A DNA stretch of 64,000 nt from Eledone cirrhosa (lineage: Eukaryota): positions 250,728,001 to 250,792,000 of the forward strand of contig OZ024740.1 in NCBI GenBank assembly GCA_964016885.1, in the 5' to 3' direction. The notes under the pieces are model-generated. The model made no database searches and was not told the origin of the DNA. It saw only the letters and a list, made by a program, of their open reading frames with translations. Made by a program: the position numbers and the translations under genes. This document shows, one piece after another, positions 49,784 through 62,794 of this stretch. The number at the start of each line of letters is the position of its first letter. The stretch's first letter is position 1.

Positions 49784-50420
49784 ATGTATTTTGCAATACA
49801 CTTTATGCTTAATTAAAAGCATTTTGAAGACCGTAAGCTATTGTTTTAAAGTAGTGACAAATTCACTTTCTTTGATCTCAGCAAACAGGGGAGATAAGCC
49901 GACAAGTCTTGTTTCGCTTTGGTTGAAGCTTATCAAGGCCAACTACCCCTCCTGTCTACTGAGATCACTGATGTTATATTCTTATAGAAATCTAGTAAAT
50001 AATCAGGAGCTGATTATGCAGAGCGGTTGTTGGTCAGGCAGAAATAAAAAATTACAATTGGAGCTCTGAAATAGCAATATATATATGGATGTATATATAA
50101 TGTATTTTGCAATACACTTTATGCTTAATTAAAAGCATTTTGAAGACCGTAAGCTATTGTTTTAAAGTAGTGACAAATTCACTTTCTTTGATCTCAGCAA
50201 ACAGGGGAGATAAGCCGACAAGTCTTGTTTCGCTTTGGTTGAAGCTTATCAAGGCCAACTACCCCTCCTGTCTACTGAGATCACTGATGTTATATTCTTA
50301 TAGAAATCTAGTAAATAATCAGGAGCTGATTATGCAGAGCGGTTGTTGGTCAGGCAGAAATTAAAAATTAGAATTGGAGCTCTGAAATAGCAATATATAT
50401 ATGGATGTATATATAATGTA
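49774..50420. repeat. Two near-identical tandem copies of a 316-bp unit
   Basis: ORFs 49791 and 50107 translate identically over 85 aa; offset 316 bp. Confidence 0.95.
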
Positions 50421-51418
50421 TATATATATATATTCGCACCTTTCCGACAGACAACCTTTCCCCCACCCCGGAAAAAACCCCGAGTTGATGGATGTGAATC
50501 CGAAATATATAGGGACAATTAAATCTCTCCCAAGGTAACTCTCTCTCGTGTTGTTATTTTTATTTTTATCCTTTACGCTCTTTCCTTCATTCCTCTACAC
50601 GTCTTATACACGCCACGCATCTCAACGTACACCCACTTACATCTCTCTCTCCACTACCGGATGTTGTTACCCGGAGATTTACCCATTTGCATTTTCGAGG
50701 CTTCCAAACGACTTAAAGAAATTTACCTTATTATTCCACAATGCTTCAAGCAAACTACAATACTCTCTTATATATATATATAAGGGAGTTTAACGTGAAG
50801 TTATTGTAGGTTCACCCATTTGAGCACTTGATGTTTAGGTTCACGTCGGTGGCGAGGTGTAGAGTTAGACAGAGTGAAATATAATACAAGGACGATTTGT
50901 TAAGCCTTCATTACGTTTATTGATTGGTGAGGCGCGTTTCGCTATTGATCAGTTCAAGGTTCGATCTGTATCGGACTTTGGAATAAAAAAAATTTCCCAA
51001 CATTTCTTTCACTCTCTTTCTCTATAGCCACATCACCTCCATTAAGATAAATCAATCAGTCTGCCAGACATTAACCACACGTATATCATCACTGCCCTTT
51101 CACTTTATATTCTCTATCTATCTACTCCTTACCCGTCCTTAGCCCTACCCCTTATGTCTCATCCTCGTATCATCATTACCGCTCTCTGTCTTCTGTCCCT
51201 TATCTCTTCACCTCTCACTTAATTTTTATGTATTATTTTTTATCTTTACCGTCATCACTACGTTACACATACACTTACTCACCACTGTAACTTCAACTAC
51301 CCCCACCACTACTACTATTTTCAGCAATCGTACTCTGTACTTATTTTTTACTTATTTTTTACATCTTTATCATCTTCATTCTAACTTCTTTATTATTATC
51401 TTTTATTAACTTTTATTA

Positions 51419-51607
51419 GGGCGGTGGATTGGCAGTATCAGTAGAGGGTCGGACGCCATGCTTTCCAGTATAGTTACGTCCCTTTACGATCTGAGTTCAA
51501 ATCCCGCCGAGGTTGACTTTGCCTTTCATCCTTACGGGGTCGATAAAATAAAGTACCAGTAATGCACTGGGTAGTTTGCTGGCCTTGTGCCTAAAGTAGA
51601 GACAATT
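51419..51607 (+). mobile_element. tRNA-derived SINE
   Basis: Same head, core and tail as 29422-29612. Confidence 0.9.
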
Positions 51608-51834
51608 ATCTTTTGTTATTGTTTTGATTCTCCGATGTATCTATAAATATCAATGCCATGTGTTAAACCCTCCAGTATTCCGATGATTTGATCAGAGGTA
51701 AACACTGTATTTAAGGTCGAGCGACGCAACTTCGAGTGATTAGCGGCCTTTAGACTCACCTGATCAATGAAACAATTGTTAATACTATAAATAAAATCAT
51801 TTTTGTACAGCCGACCAAGTTATTCTTCACTCTT

Positions 51835-51882
<48 letters not shown>

Positions 51883-52065
51883 CAAAAGTATGACCCCGAC
51901 GGCAGAGCTCAAGCCGTTTCGACGGCTATTTCTGAGTCCAGAAATAGCCGTCGAAGGGGCTTGAGCTCTGCCGTCGGGGTCATACCTTTTCCTATTTCCC
52001 ACACCCTAAGTAATGAGTACTCTGGTGCGTTATGGTCCATTTGGTTCCTTACCACAATTCCTTTG

Positions 52066-52129
<64 letters not shown>

Positions 52130-52552
52130 AGTGTAATTTTCTACACAAAACGAAGGTTATAGAGAAAATTGAGGTTGGTAATGGCACATGGAATATATAA
52201 GAGACAGAATACTTTTTGTTAAAAAAACATATAATTTTATAAGGTAAGGAAATAATAAAGGGTATAAAAAATGACCGGTTTCGATGGGTCTGCAAAAGCC
52301 ATCTTTTCAAATGTTGATTAATATTAAGAAAAATTAATAATACGAAGAGTTAAAATTTGAGATTTGAAAATTCAAGTATAAAATTCATTGTGGGATTTCA
52401 TAGTAGTTTTCATCTAGGTAGCAACAACAGTTGACTGCTGTGTCCCATATATATACGCATGATATTTGGATATATTCTGTCTAGACAATTCTTATTGTTG
52501 AATTATTACATAGAAATTATTATATGGTTTCTTATATATATACATAAAAATA

Positions 52553-52606
<54 letters not shown>

Positions 52607-52718
52607 GAGAGAGTGGGAGAGAGAGAGATGTGAGTAGAGCGTGGGTGTATACGTTCTTGTGAGTTTGCGTGTATTTTATTTATATAGATATTCATACATA
52701 CATATATACATACATACA

Positions 52719-53327
52719 TGGTGGCTGCCAACTCGTTTTCGAGTACGGCCACTACTTTATATCCATGTAGGAGAACCCCTACCGATGCGCTGAACGAGTG
52801 TGACTTTTTAGTCCAGTCAGCGACTTGAAAACTCTGGTACAAACACTACACTTGTGACAACTATTGACACATAGTGCTGTGCCCATGGTACCATGTGATG
52901 ACAAGTGCAGAGAGATCTCCAGATATAAAGCAATGCCTGTGCCGTGAAGCTTTTATAGTGAGCAAAGGCACTGCACAAAGCCAGTCCCACTCTCTTAACC
53001 AAGATGATATTTACCAAAAAGAAGAACAAGTCAACATCATTGGATACCATCAGAGTTGCAGGTGTTATATCAGAGTTTTCCTTCTCCTAGAATTCTGCCT
53101 TGACAAAGGCTAAGGGGTAATCTCTCCCGGTGATTTTGGATGGCCATTGACTCTTAAGAGCTCCTTTTCCCTTTGACAGGTTTTGTTTTTAGTCCTGCAG
53201 GATGTCCAAAGTCACCCTCCTCACCAAGAAACCTCGGTGGGGTTGCCAGTTTAGTCGTCAACGACCCGACCATGAGATAGGTTGTACTTGGATACATGTT
53301 ACCAGTAGCACCAAGTGGTGACCTGAC
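52719..53327 (-). repeat. ~610-bp interspersed repeat, copy 3
   Basis: Reverse complement of 37884-38489; between (CATA)n-rich tracts. Confidence 0.9.
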
Positions 53328-53384
53328 ATAATATATATACATACATATATATATACATACATATATATATACATACATATATAC

Positions 53385-53417
<33 letters not shown>

Positions 53418-53418
53418 C

Positions 53419-53451
<33 letters not shown>

Positions 53452-53556
53452 CATACATATATACATACATACATACATACATACATACATACATACATAC
53501 ATACATACATACATACATACATACATACATACATACATACATACATACATACATAC

Positions 53557-54021
53557 AGAATATTTATGCAGAACTGATGAGAAATCTGCAGATACTCCAC
53601 CCTGATTACACCTTCAGATTTATGCCTGTGATTATTGGGGCACTGGGGTATGTTAGTAACTGCCTCAATACACATCTTGAGAAGCTAGGCTTCACAAGAA
53701 CAGAAAGAACACAACTAGTTAGGAAATTACAAGTACAATCCATTAATGGAACAGTAAAAATATGTAAAACATTCCAGAAATTTTGCATCTAATAACCTCA
53801 TATACACATGTACAGATGCAAAGCATATACACATGCACACATACAACTCAAAACATACACATCCACACATACAATAACATCTGTATCTACACATGTATGC
53901 ATACATACATAATCTACCTAGTTGATGTTGTGTAAATTCCAATGAAAGAGTCTTGTGTCTATGTTAGAAACCGACTCTCTCTCTATTGGTAAAACTTTGT
54001 GAAATTATAAAAACAGAAGAA
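53557..54021 (+). mobile_element. 5'-truncated RLE family 3, copy 2, in (CATA)n
   Basis: [40 protein letters not shown] and the 3' UTR match the reverse complement of 33241-33705. Perfect (CATA)n on both sides. Confidence 0.88.
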
Positions 54022-54088
54022 CATACATACATACATACATACATACATACATACATACATACATACATACATACATACATACATACAT

Positions 54089-54120
<32 letters not shown>

Positions 54121-54247
54121 GCATATATATATATATATATATATATGTATACACACACATATATATATATACACACACATATATATATATGCGTGTGTGT
54201 GTGTGTGTGTGTATGTATATATGTATGAATGTATCAATGTATATATA

Positions 54248-54319
54248 GGGGATCAAGGTAGAAGCGTTCACGTCGCAATCCCTGTCAAGTAATACCCACG
54301 TTTACTTGCGAATTCTACC
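54248..54319 (+). ncRNA. HDV-like self-cleaving ribozyme at the 5' end of the Vingi-like LINE
   Basis: P1 GGGGATC/AATCCCT (G1.U wobble, one terminal mismatch), P2 GGTAGAA/TTCTACC, P3 GCG/CGC, L3 TTCACGT, P4 CAAGTAA/TTACTTG, J4/2 CGAA with the catalytic-position C at 54309. Confidence 0.88.
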
Positions 54320-57218
54320 AAATACTTCAAAGCTGAGCCGGAAGACAAGCAATGTCCAGAAGCTCAACGAATGACGGTAGCCTACCAGTCCGGAGCATGA
54401 AGAGAGGTCAACGCCCGCCTCTAAGGCCAGCATTGGCCATTATATCTCTAAATATTGAAGGACTACAACTAAAGTAGAACTTGTTGCAAAACTCTGCAGA
54501 GAGCATCAGTGTGACATTCTCTGCCTACAAGAAACTCACCATGGACCTAAACATCCCCGCCCTCATGTGGAAGGAATCACCACCCTCATAGAACGACCAC
54601 ATGAGAAATATGGAAGCATCATGCTAGAAAAAAATGGGACAATCATCGTTCTTTGATGATGATCAAAGAACGATGATAATAACATCGAAGTCCTAGCCGC
54701 TGAGCTCAGAGGAATTACCATCACCTCAGTCTACAAACCACCTTTCACACCTCTCGTGATGTCAGAAATACCATCATCTGGAAAACCAAAGATTGTGATC
54801 GGAGACTTCAAACGCCACAGCACACAATGGGGATATGTTAATAACAATGCAGATGGAAATACAGTGGAAGCATGGGCTGAAAGCAACCAGCTTGATTTGA
54901 TCCACGATGCCAAACAACCAAAGTCCTTCAACAGCAGACGATGGAAAGCAGGTTACAATCCTGATATCGTGTTTGTCAGTCATCACCGTACTGAGCAAGA
55001 AGCAGGTACTGGAGCCACTGCCACAACCCAACAACGCCCCATTGGCATCAAAGTCAATGCTGTAATCACCCCAGTCACAATTCCATTCCGAAGAAGATTC
55101 AACTTTGGGAAAGCGAACTGACCTGGCTTCCAAGAAAATCTTGAAAGGAAGGTTGCCCACCTCCCAGTGGACCCCCAAAACTATGATAACTTCACCAAGT
55201 TTGTGCACAAAGCAGCTTGGAAGAACATCCCAAGAGGCTGCCGCACTCAATACATTCCTGGACTCGATGCTCAAAGCAGCGAACTATATGAGCAATACCA
55301 ACAGCTCTATGAATCTGACCCCTTTGATGAAAGTTCCATCGAAGTAGGTGAGGGACTCGTGACCTCCCTATCAGAATGCCGCCAACGGAAATGGCAAAAC
55401 CTGTTGTAGACAATGGATATGACGAAAAACAGTAAAAAGGCATGGAATCTAATCCGGAAAATCAGCAACGACCCGTCAACCCCAACACAACAGCAGTACA
55501 CCATCACCGCCAACCAAGTTGCAAATCAGCTGTTGCTCAATGGGAAATCCACCACCAAACAGCCAAGACCATAGGTAGACCGACTTCAGTACTCCCAAAC
55601 CATGGACTGACTAAGCCGTTCTCGCTTGAAGAGCTCAATTTCAGCATCAATGCCCTTAAGACTGGTAAAGCCATCGGCCTAGATAATATTTTCACAGAGG
55701 AGATCAAGCACTTTGGACCTCTGACACGGAAATGGATCCTTGAGCTGATGAACAACTACATGCTGACAAGAAATTATTGCTCTTCTCAAACCGGGTAAAG
55801 ATCCAGCGCATGCAAAGAGTTTCCGCCCAATCTCCCTGCTATTCCCCCCATTTAAGCAGTTTGAGCGCCTGATCGTCAGCTGGTTGGCCCCAGTTGTTGA
55901 ACTGGATTCCGACCTGGCAAATCCACAACAAGCCGACTCCTGAATCTCACTCAGCACATTGAAGATGGGTTTCAGAAAGGACTGGTAACAGGAGCCGTCT
56001 TTGTTGATCTGTCGGCCGCATACGACACTGTGAACCATCGCCTCCTCCTGAAAAAGATCTTGGAGCTGACAGAAGACCTGGCACTCAGACCTCATTGGAG
56101 CCCTCTTGAAATACAGGCGCTTCTATTTTACCCTTAACAACAAGCAAAGTCGTTGGCGACGACAAAAGAACGGCTTGCTCAAGGTAGTGTGATGGTTCCA
56201 CTACTATATAACATCTACACCAATGACCAGCCAATGGACCATAACACTGAGCGGTTCATCTACGCTGACGACTTCTGAGAGTACGTTCGAAGCAGTAGAA
56301 GCAAACCTCAACTCAGCCTTGGATGAGCTTATCCCTTACTATGAGAGCAACCACCTGCACGCAAACCCTGCGAAGATTCAAGCCTGCTCGATCCATCTCA
56401 GGAACCAGGAAGCCAACCGACCTCTTAACTTCACATGGTGAGGAACACCACTTGAGAACTGCACCAATCATGTCTACCTTGGCGTAACCCTGGACTGCAC
56501 CCTCTCTTTCAAGGAACACATCAAAAACACCAAATTGAAAGTCAGCTTCCGGAACAACATCCTACGGAAACTGACCAACTCCAAATGGGGAACCACAGCA
56601 CACACACTAAGATGTACTGCCTTGGCCCTGTGCTATTCCTCTGCGGAGTACGCGTGTCCTGTTTGGGAGAGATCAACCCATGCCAGTAAACTAGACCCAG
56701 CATTGAACAACACCTGCCGTTTGATCACTGGTTGCCTGAAGCCTACTAACCCGAACAGCCTGCATCTCCTCGGTGGCATTGCCCCTGCAGATGTGAGACG
56801 GGAAGCTGCCAGCCGAGTAGAGATCACAAAGGCTATCCTACACGGACGTGAACCTCCGGCCCAACGACTGAAGTCAAGGAGAAGCTTCCTCAGCCATGTC
56901 CAACCCCTAACAACATCTCAGGAAGAAACCCAACTACAGCTATGGACTAGAAAGCTAGAGAATGACTCCCCTCTTATTGACTTGGGAACCCCCCTTCTGA
57001 AGCCCTCCCTCCTGGCTCAAAAGCACCATGGGTCCAGTGGAAGACACTCAACTGCCCGAGAACAGGAATGGGGCGATCAAAAGCTGCTATGGCCAGATGG
57101 GGCTACAAGACCGGCCCAACCATCTGCGAATGCGGAGAGGAGGACCATACGATGCAGCACTGCCTTGTTTGCCCTTTACTACCCAACGAGTGCAGCTTAA
57201 AAGATCTCGCAGAATTTA
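54248..57218 (+). mobile_element. Vingi/Ingi-like (I-group) LINE, near full length, many stops
   Basis: ATG 54352; APE IISLNIEG, LCLQETH, VIGDF.RHSTQWGY, YNPDIVFVS; RT FRPISLL, FVDLSAAYDTVNH, QGSV, IYADD; C-terminal LALCYSSAEYACPVW..CRLITGCLKPT and CECG..TMQH...C. No RNase H seen. Confidence 0.85.
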
Positions 57219-57221
57219 ATA

Positions 57222-57392
57222 ATAATTGTTTCTACTTTTGGCACAAAGGTGGGGTTGATAAAATAAAGTACCAGTAATGCACTGGCATTACTGGTACTTT
57301 ACTTTATCGACCTCGTAAGGATGAAAGGCAAAGTTAACCTCGGCGGGATTTGAACTCAGAATGGCAAGGGCCGTAACTCTATACGTCAAAGC
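57222..57392 (-). mobile_element. tRNA-derived SINE, 5'-truncated, with internal inverted duplication
   Basis: Reverse complement of the SINE body; 57251-57312 is a hairpin GATAAAATAAAGTACCAGTAATGC/GCATTACTGGTACTTTACTTTATC. Confidence 0.85.
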
Positions 57393-57708
57393 AAATGCAA
57401 AGGACTGTGTAAAGAAATGGGAAACTGTCATATAACTACATGCTTCGAAGATACGAAAAGAAGAAGAATGTATATATATGGATGTATGTATGAATGTCTA
57501 TATATATATAAAAGTCGAATCGTGTCCATCCGTGTGTCAGTCTGCTCGTGAGATGAATGAGATGAATGAATTAAAACGAAAGAGGGGGGGGGGGTTTAAA
57601 AATCTACAAAAGTCTACGACGCAAAAAAATCGACCAGCTTTGGAAAGCTCTGTGTTGGTATATATATATATATACAAACACAGAGCTTTCCAAAGCTGGT
57701 CGATTTTT

Positions 57709-57746
<38 letters not shown>

Positions 57747-57818
57747 AGTGTGTATGTGTTTGTGTGTGTGTGTGTATGTGTGTGTATGTGTGTGAATGTA
57801 TTTGTGTACACACAAATA

Positions 57819-57854
<36 letters not shown>

Positions 57855-57931
57855 GGGAGGAAGTGGATCCTGAAAAACTATAAAATAATATATTCAATAT
57901 GTTTGTATATATAAGAATATACAACTATACT

Positions 57932-60900
57932 TATAACAGCGACACTGGGTTGTATGTACAATATTTATTTAACAAGGTTGAGCTATGTAGAGCAGAATAG
58001 TTGACATGCCAAGAGAGATGAAAGGATGAATTAAAGTTAGTTGTTAACCGTTTTGAAGTCATCGCGCAAGAGACCAAGAGGTCTTTACATTACCATGTTC
58101 AGGTTGCCAGATAGTATACCCTCGGCGGAACGTGCCTGGCCGAAAAGCCAGGCAGGTTAAAAGAGAGGGAGTTAGCTTTCGGCTCTCTCCTTTATAGGGT
58201 CCCTGGACGGAAGTGACAAAGAAGGTTCTGCTACCTCAACGGGAAGTAACTCCAGCTGCTTCTTGTCTACTGGTGATGTGATCGTCATAACAAGGGAGGC
58301 AACTCTTGCTACATTATCTCCCGCCAGATTTTAAAAACATAAAAATCGAATCAACCATGTCTGAAGTAAGATGTGACACCAAAATCCAGGCATGAAAATT
58401 ACAAAAAAATAATGTTTGGAATAAAAGCATGCAAAAATCAATGATAGATATCAAGGAAGCCAACCGCTCTTGGCCAGAGAACGACTGGACATCTATCTAT
58501 TCATCACACAAAGATACCATGTAATCAACCTAAGAAGAGGTCAAAGGAGCAAAGAAACGTGCTCGAACATAGTTATTAAAAAAAGTTCAAATGTTCAAAA
58601 ATAAAGTTCACTGGTGTGCAATCACATGACAGCAGGAAAGAGAGTGTGTCCCAGAGAATGTATGCAGGTGGTTTCTGGACTGTGGTACAACGTGAAATTC
58701 CCAACCTCCAAAGGCGGTGGGATTTTCTCACAGGAAGAGTGCTGCAAAAATAAATTCTTTGTGTTTTCTTCTGCTGGTTTTGGTTGTTGATAAAGCAAAG
58801 ATGAAACTGTGTTGTTGTTGTCTCGCGGAGTGAGCCTATTCGATGTTGTTTCCGTTCACAGTAAAAAGTTTCCCAGAAAAAAATGAGTTGCGCAAAGTGC
58901 TAGAAATAACAGCCAAAGTTGATGGTCGATGTTGAGAACGCGTTGACCTGGAAGGGTCAAGAGGCCAGCGACAATAGAAATAAGCATTCTGAATAAATGC
59001 GCAGTTTTCAATGGCAAATTTACGTGGTAAATTTTTAAACCGGCAAATAGGAGAATATAGCTTAAGGCTGGAGAATCGTTGGCAAGAAACATTATCTATG
59101 GCGTGTGTTATCTCAGTGAGTCGAGATGTGTGCTCCCACTCGTGCCGAAACAAGGTTAAAGTCAAGTTGAATAAAAAAAATATATATATATTTCTTTTGC
59201 GCTAGAAAATGGCGGGAAAATGACAGTGGAACAGGTCGTTGGCAGCCATTTTGAAAACTTTGTGTGTGAACGTGATGTGATGAAAAAGAAGGAAAGGCTA
59301 TATACACTTTGTATATGGCGAGAGTTCAATTTTTTTTTCTTTCTGGAAAGTGATGAAAAAGTAGCGAAAAAGGCTTAGTTGAATGAGTAAGCGAGCTGTG
59401 ATGTTCATCAAAATTGACATGTTGAATATAAGAATACAGGAGTCCAAGTCTTTTTGAGTGTTCATTGTGAGACGGACGAAGGACATATCCAGTGATTGAA
59501 ACACATTTAAACGATGTAAACACGTGAGGTGAAAAGCAAATTTTTTTCTTGTTTCTTTGCTGCTGAGGAAAAGATTACTTATATTTTTCGTTGTAGACAA
59601 AATCCATGTGGAATGTTGTTAGAGGAATTTTTTCTTTTTGAAATACTGCTAATTAATTTTCTTTTTTTCATATTCATACAACACTAGATCCTATTATTTT
59701 TTTCTCGGGGTCACCAATTATAACAGGTGACACTAGGTTGTATGTACAATGTTTACACAACACCAGATCCTCAAATCGGAGGAATTAGGAGATAAAAAGC
59801 CGACGCAACTCCTACGGCGAATGAAGCAGCTCCTGGGAGAACATAAACTCCCGGATGAAATTTTCAAGCAACTCTTCCTCCAGCGTTTGCCTTGCGCCAC
59901 ACAAGTTGTACTAGCATCCACCAGGGAGTCCACCACCATAGAAGAACTCGCCGAGCTGGCAGATAAGATCATGGAGGTATCACATCCGCACTCAACTTTA
60001 GCGAATGTGACGCCAGCCATGCCTTCCACCAATCCTTTCCTTCAGCCCTCCAGTGTCACAGAGATGCCCGATCTACACCAGTTACTGGCACAGCAAGCAA
60101 CACAGATACAGGCCTTGACACAACAAATTCAGGCCTGGGCACTGAGCAACCCTGCCACGCGTCGGTCCAACAGTCGAACTCGCCGATTTGGTGGTCGCTC
60201 AAGAAGTCCGAGCGCATCTCGGGATTCACCAGAAATGTGCTGGTACCACCAAAGATTCGGGAGATGAGCGCAAAAGTGCAGCCATCCCTGTTCATTTGTT
60301 TCGAAAACGAATCAGGGAAACGACACAGCCAGAAACTGAAGGCGACGGACGTTTCTGGCCCTCATAACCAAAGTCGCACATTTTTCATTCAGGATCGCGT
60401 CACAGGCACGCGTTTCCTGGTCGACACCGGTGCTGAAGTCAGCATCATCCCGGTTTCCTGCGTTCCTGGAAAAAGGAGAGAGACACCAGCCTGGCTCCAG
60501 GCGGTGAATCACTCGCATATTCCGACCTACGGAGAACAGTCCCTGACACTAAATTTGGGACTACGCCGCACTTTCCAGTGAGTATTCGTTGTGGCTAAGC
60601 TGCCGACCCCTATTTTAGGAGCTGATTTTCTTCAGAACTTCTAGCTGTTAGTGGACCTGAAAAACCAACGACTCGTTGACAACTTCACTGGTCTCGCTGA
60701 GCGCGGCATAGCCGCTAGGACAGCCACAGTCAGTCCAGTCATTTCATGATCGACAACAACAACCCGGCACAACCACATCATCAACAAATACCCAGACGTA
60801 GCTCGACCACTATTCAACGCTTGCCCTGTAAAACATGACGTCCCACACCACATAAAAACACCCGGCCCACCTGTCGCTGCACGACCTAGAAGGCTACCAC

Positions 60901-61576
60901 CAGACCGGCTGAAGTCCGTCAAACAAGAATTTGAGCACATGCTGGATCTCGGCATCATACGTCCGTCCAGCAGCAACTGGTCCTCACCCATACACTGTGT
61001 ACCCAAGAATTCGTCGAACGACTGGCGAATCTGTGGCGACTACCGTGCACTGACTCTTATCCAGTGCCTCATCTACAGGACTACTCCAGCTCGCTGCACG
61101 GGGCTCGCATATTTTCGAAGATCGATCTTGTGCGAGCTTACAATCAGATACCTCTGGAGCCCGCAGATATTCCTAAGACCGCCGTCACAACAACCTTTGG
61201 AATGTTCGAATTTCTGCGTATGCCTTTCGGTTTGAGAAATGCAGCGCAGACATTCCAGCGATTCATCGATACAGTCACCAGAGGTCTACCCTTTGTATAC
61301 GAGTACATTGACGACTTACTGGTGGCCAGCAACTCCGATAAAGAACATGAGAAACACCTGGATCTCCTATTCACACGTTTGCGTGAATACGGAATTGTTA
61401 TCAACCCCAGCAAATGTGAGTTCGGAGTTGCGTCCCTTCATTTTCTGGGACACATCATTGACAAAGAAGGTTCTGCCACCTCAACGGGAAGTAACTCCAG
61501 CTGTTTCCTGTCTAGAGAGAGCTACTGGTGATGTGATCGTCATAACAAGGGAGTTCCAGCGAAGAGTTTGATTACA
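57932..61576 (-). mobile_element. Non-autonomous LTR retroelement (3' LTR 57932-58313; 5' LTR split into 59718-59750 and 61458-~61576)
   Basis: Shared blocks TTATAACAG..GACACT.GGTTGTATGTACAAT (57931/59718) and TGACAAAGAAGGTTCTGC.ACCTCAACGGGAAG...CATAACAAGGGAG (58215/61459). On the minus strand: PBS-like TGGTGACCCCGA at 59716-59705 and PPT GGCGGGGAGATAA at 58326-58314 before TGTAGCA. No recognisable ORF in the 1.4-kb interior. Confidence 0.75.
59751..61470 (+). pseudogene. Ty3/Gypsy gag-protease-RT fragment
   Basis: Gag ELGDKKPTQLLRRM..LFLQRLP..LAELADKIME..CWYHQRFG; protease FLVDTGAEVSIIP; RT IIRPSSSNWSSP, WRICGDYRAL, FSKIDLVRAY, MPFGLRNAAQTFQR, YIDDLLVAS, FLGH. Stops and frameshifts; no RNase H or integrase. 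Confidence 0.95.
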
Positions 61577-62546
61577 TACATGTTTAGCAGCGACGTATAT
61601 AATGGTAATAGGGCCACATATGTCATAATAATGATGTCAACAGCAGAAATAAGAGATGAAATGTATGTTTATTTGTTGTAGCACAAAGTAATGTTTGTTT
61701 AGTTGTATGGTTCAAGTTAAACATAAAAGGGTTACAAAAAGGATGGCCGACAGGCCAAAGTGCAAATCTCACCGTTGTTTGTGATTAAGTGAATAAGTGG
61801 TCTTTACCTTAGCATGATCAAGCTGCAAGAGAGAGATTTCAAGAATCGGCGCGGGAATTTTCCTTGCAGGGCGCGTAGAAATATATTCTCCTCCGCTGGC
61901 GGTCATTGGCTGGGCTGATGGAGACGGAGAATGTATATGAGCCCACGGAATGTAGGTCAGTACACATGTATAGACACAAACACACAGACAGACGTACACA
62001 TAAACACACACACACACACTCACACACACACACACACACACATACACATACACACACATACACACACACGCACATATTTTGGGGTCTTATACATCTGTAT
62101 AGTATTTGTGGATATATGTGTATCTGTTTGTGTGTTGTACAATGCTAAATACCGAGTGCGAGGGGGAGAAAGAGAGAGACAGGTAAAGTGAGAAAGTGGC
62201 TGTTTACTTCTCCTCCATCCTCGCCTTTTTCATCACAACTTCGTCGTCTCATTGAATCATTTCGAAAGAGGGAGAAATGTAAATAGTAGGAAAGATCGTA
62301 TAAGTGGGTGTGTGAGTGAGTTAGAGAGAGAAAAGAGAGAAAGCGAGAAAGAAACAGATATAGACTAAAAGAGAGGAAGAATTACAGAGGTGAAAGAGAA
62401 TATGTGTGTGAGAGAGAGACACAGAATGAGAAAGAGACAGAGAGATATGTGTGTGTGTGTTTGAATGTACGAGTGTGTAAAATGGAGAAGGGGTGGTGGA
62501 AAGCTATTCTTTGTGTGAGTGTATGTGTTTGCGTTTGTCTGAAAAG

Positions 62547-62651
<105 letters not shown>

Positions 62652-62794
62652 TGTTTGTATATATAAGAATATGTAATTATATATATCTATATCTATATAT
62701 ATCTATATATATAATAAATCAAGAAAGAAGAGTGACACGGTTTGCTATATAATAAGGGCTTTAATCACTTTGCTGACAATTGTTTCTCTGAACT

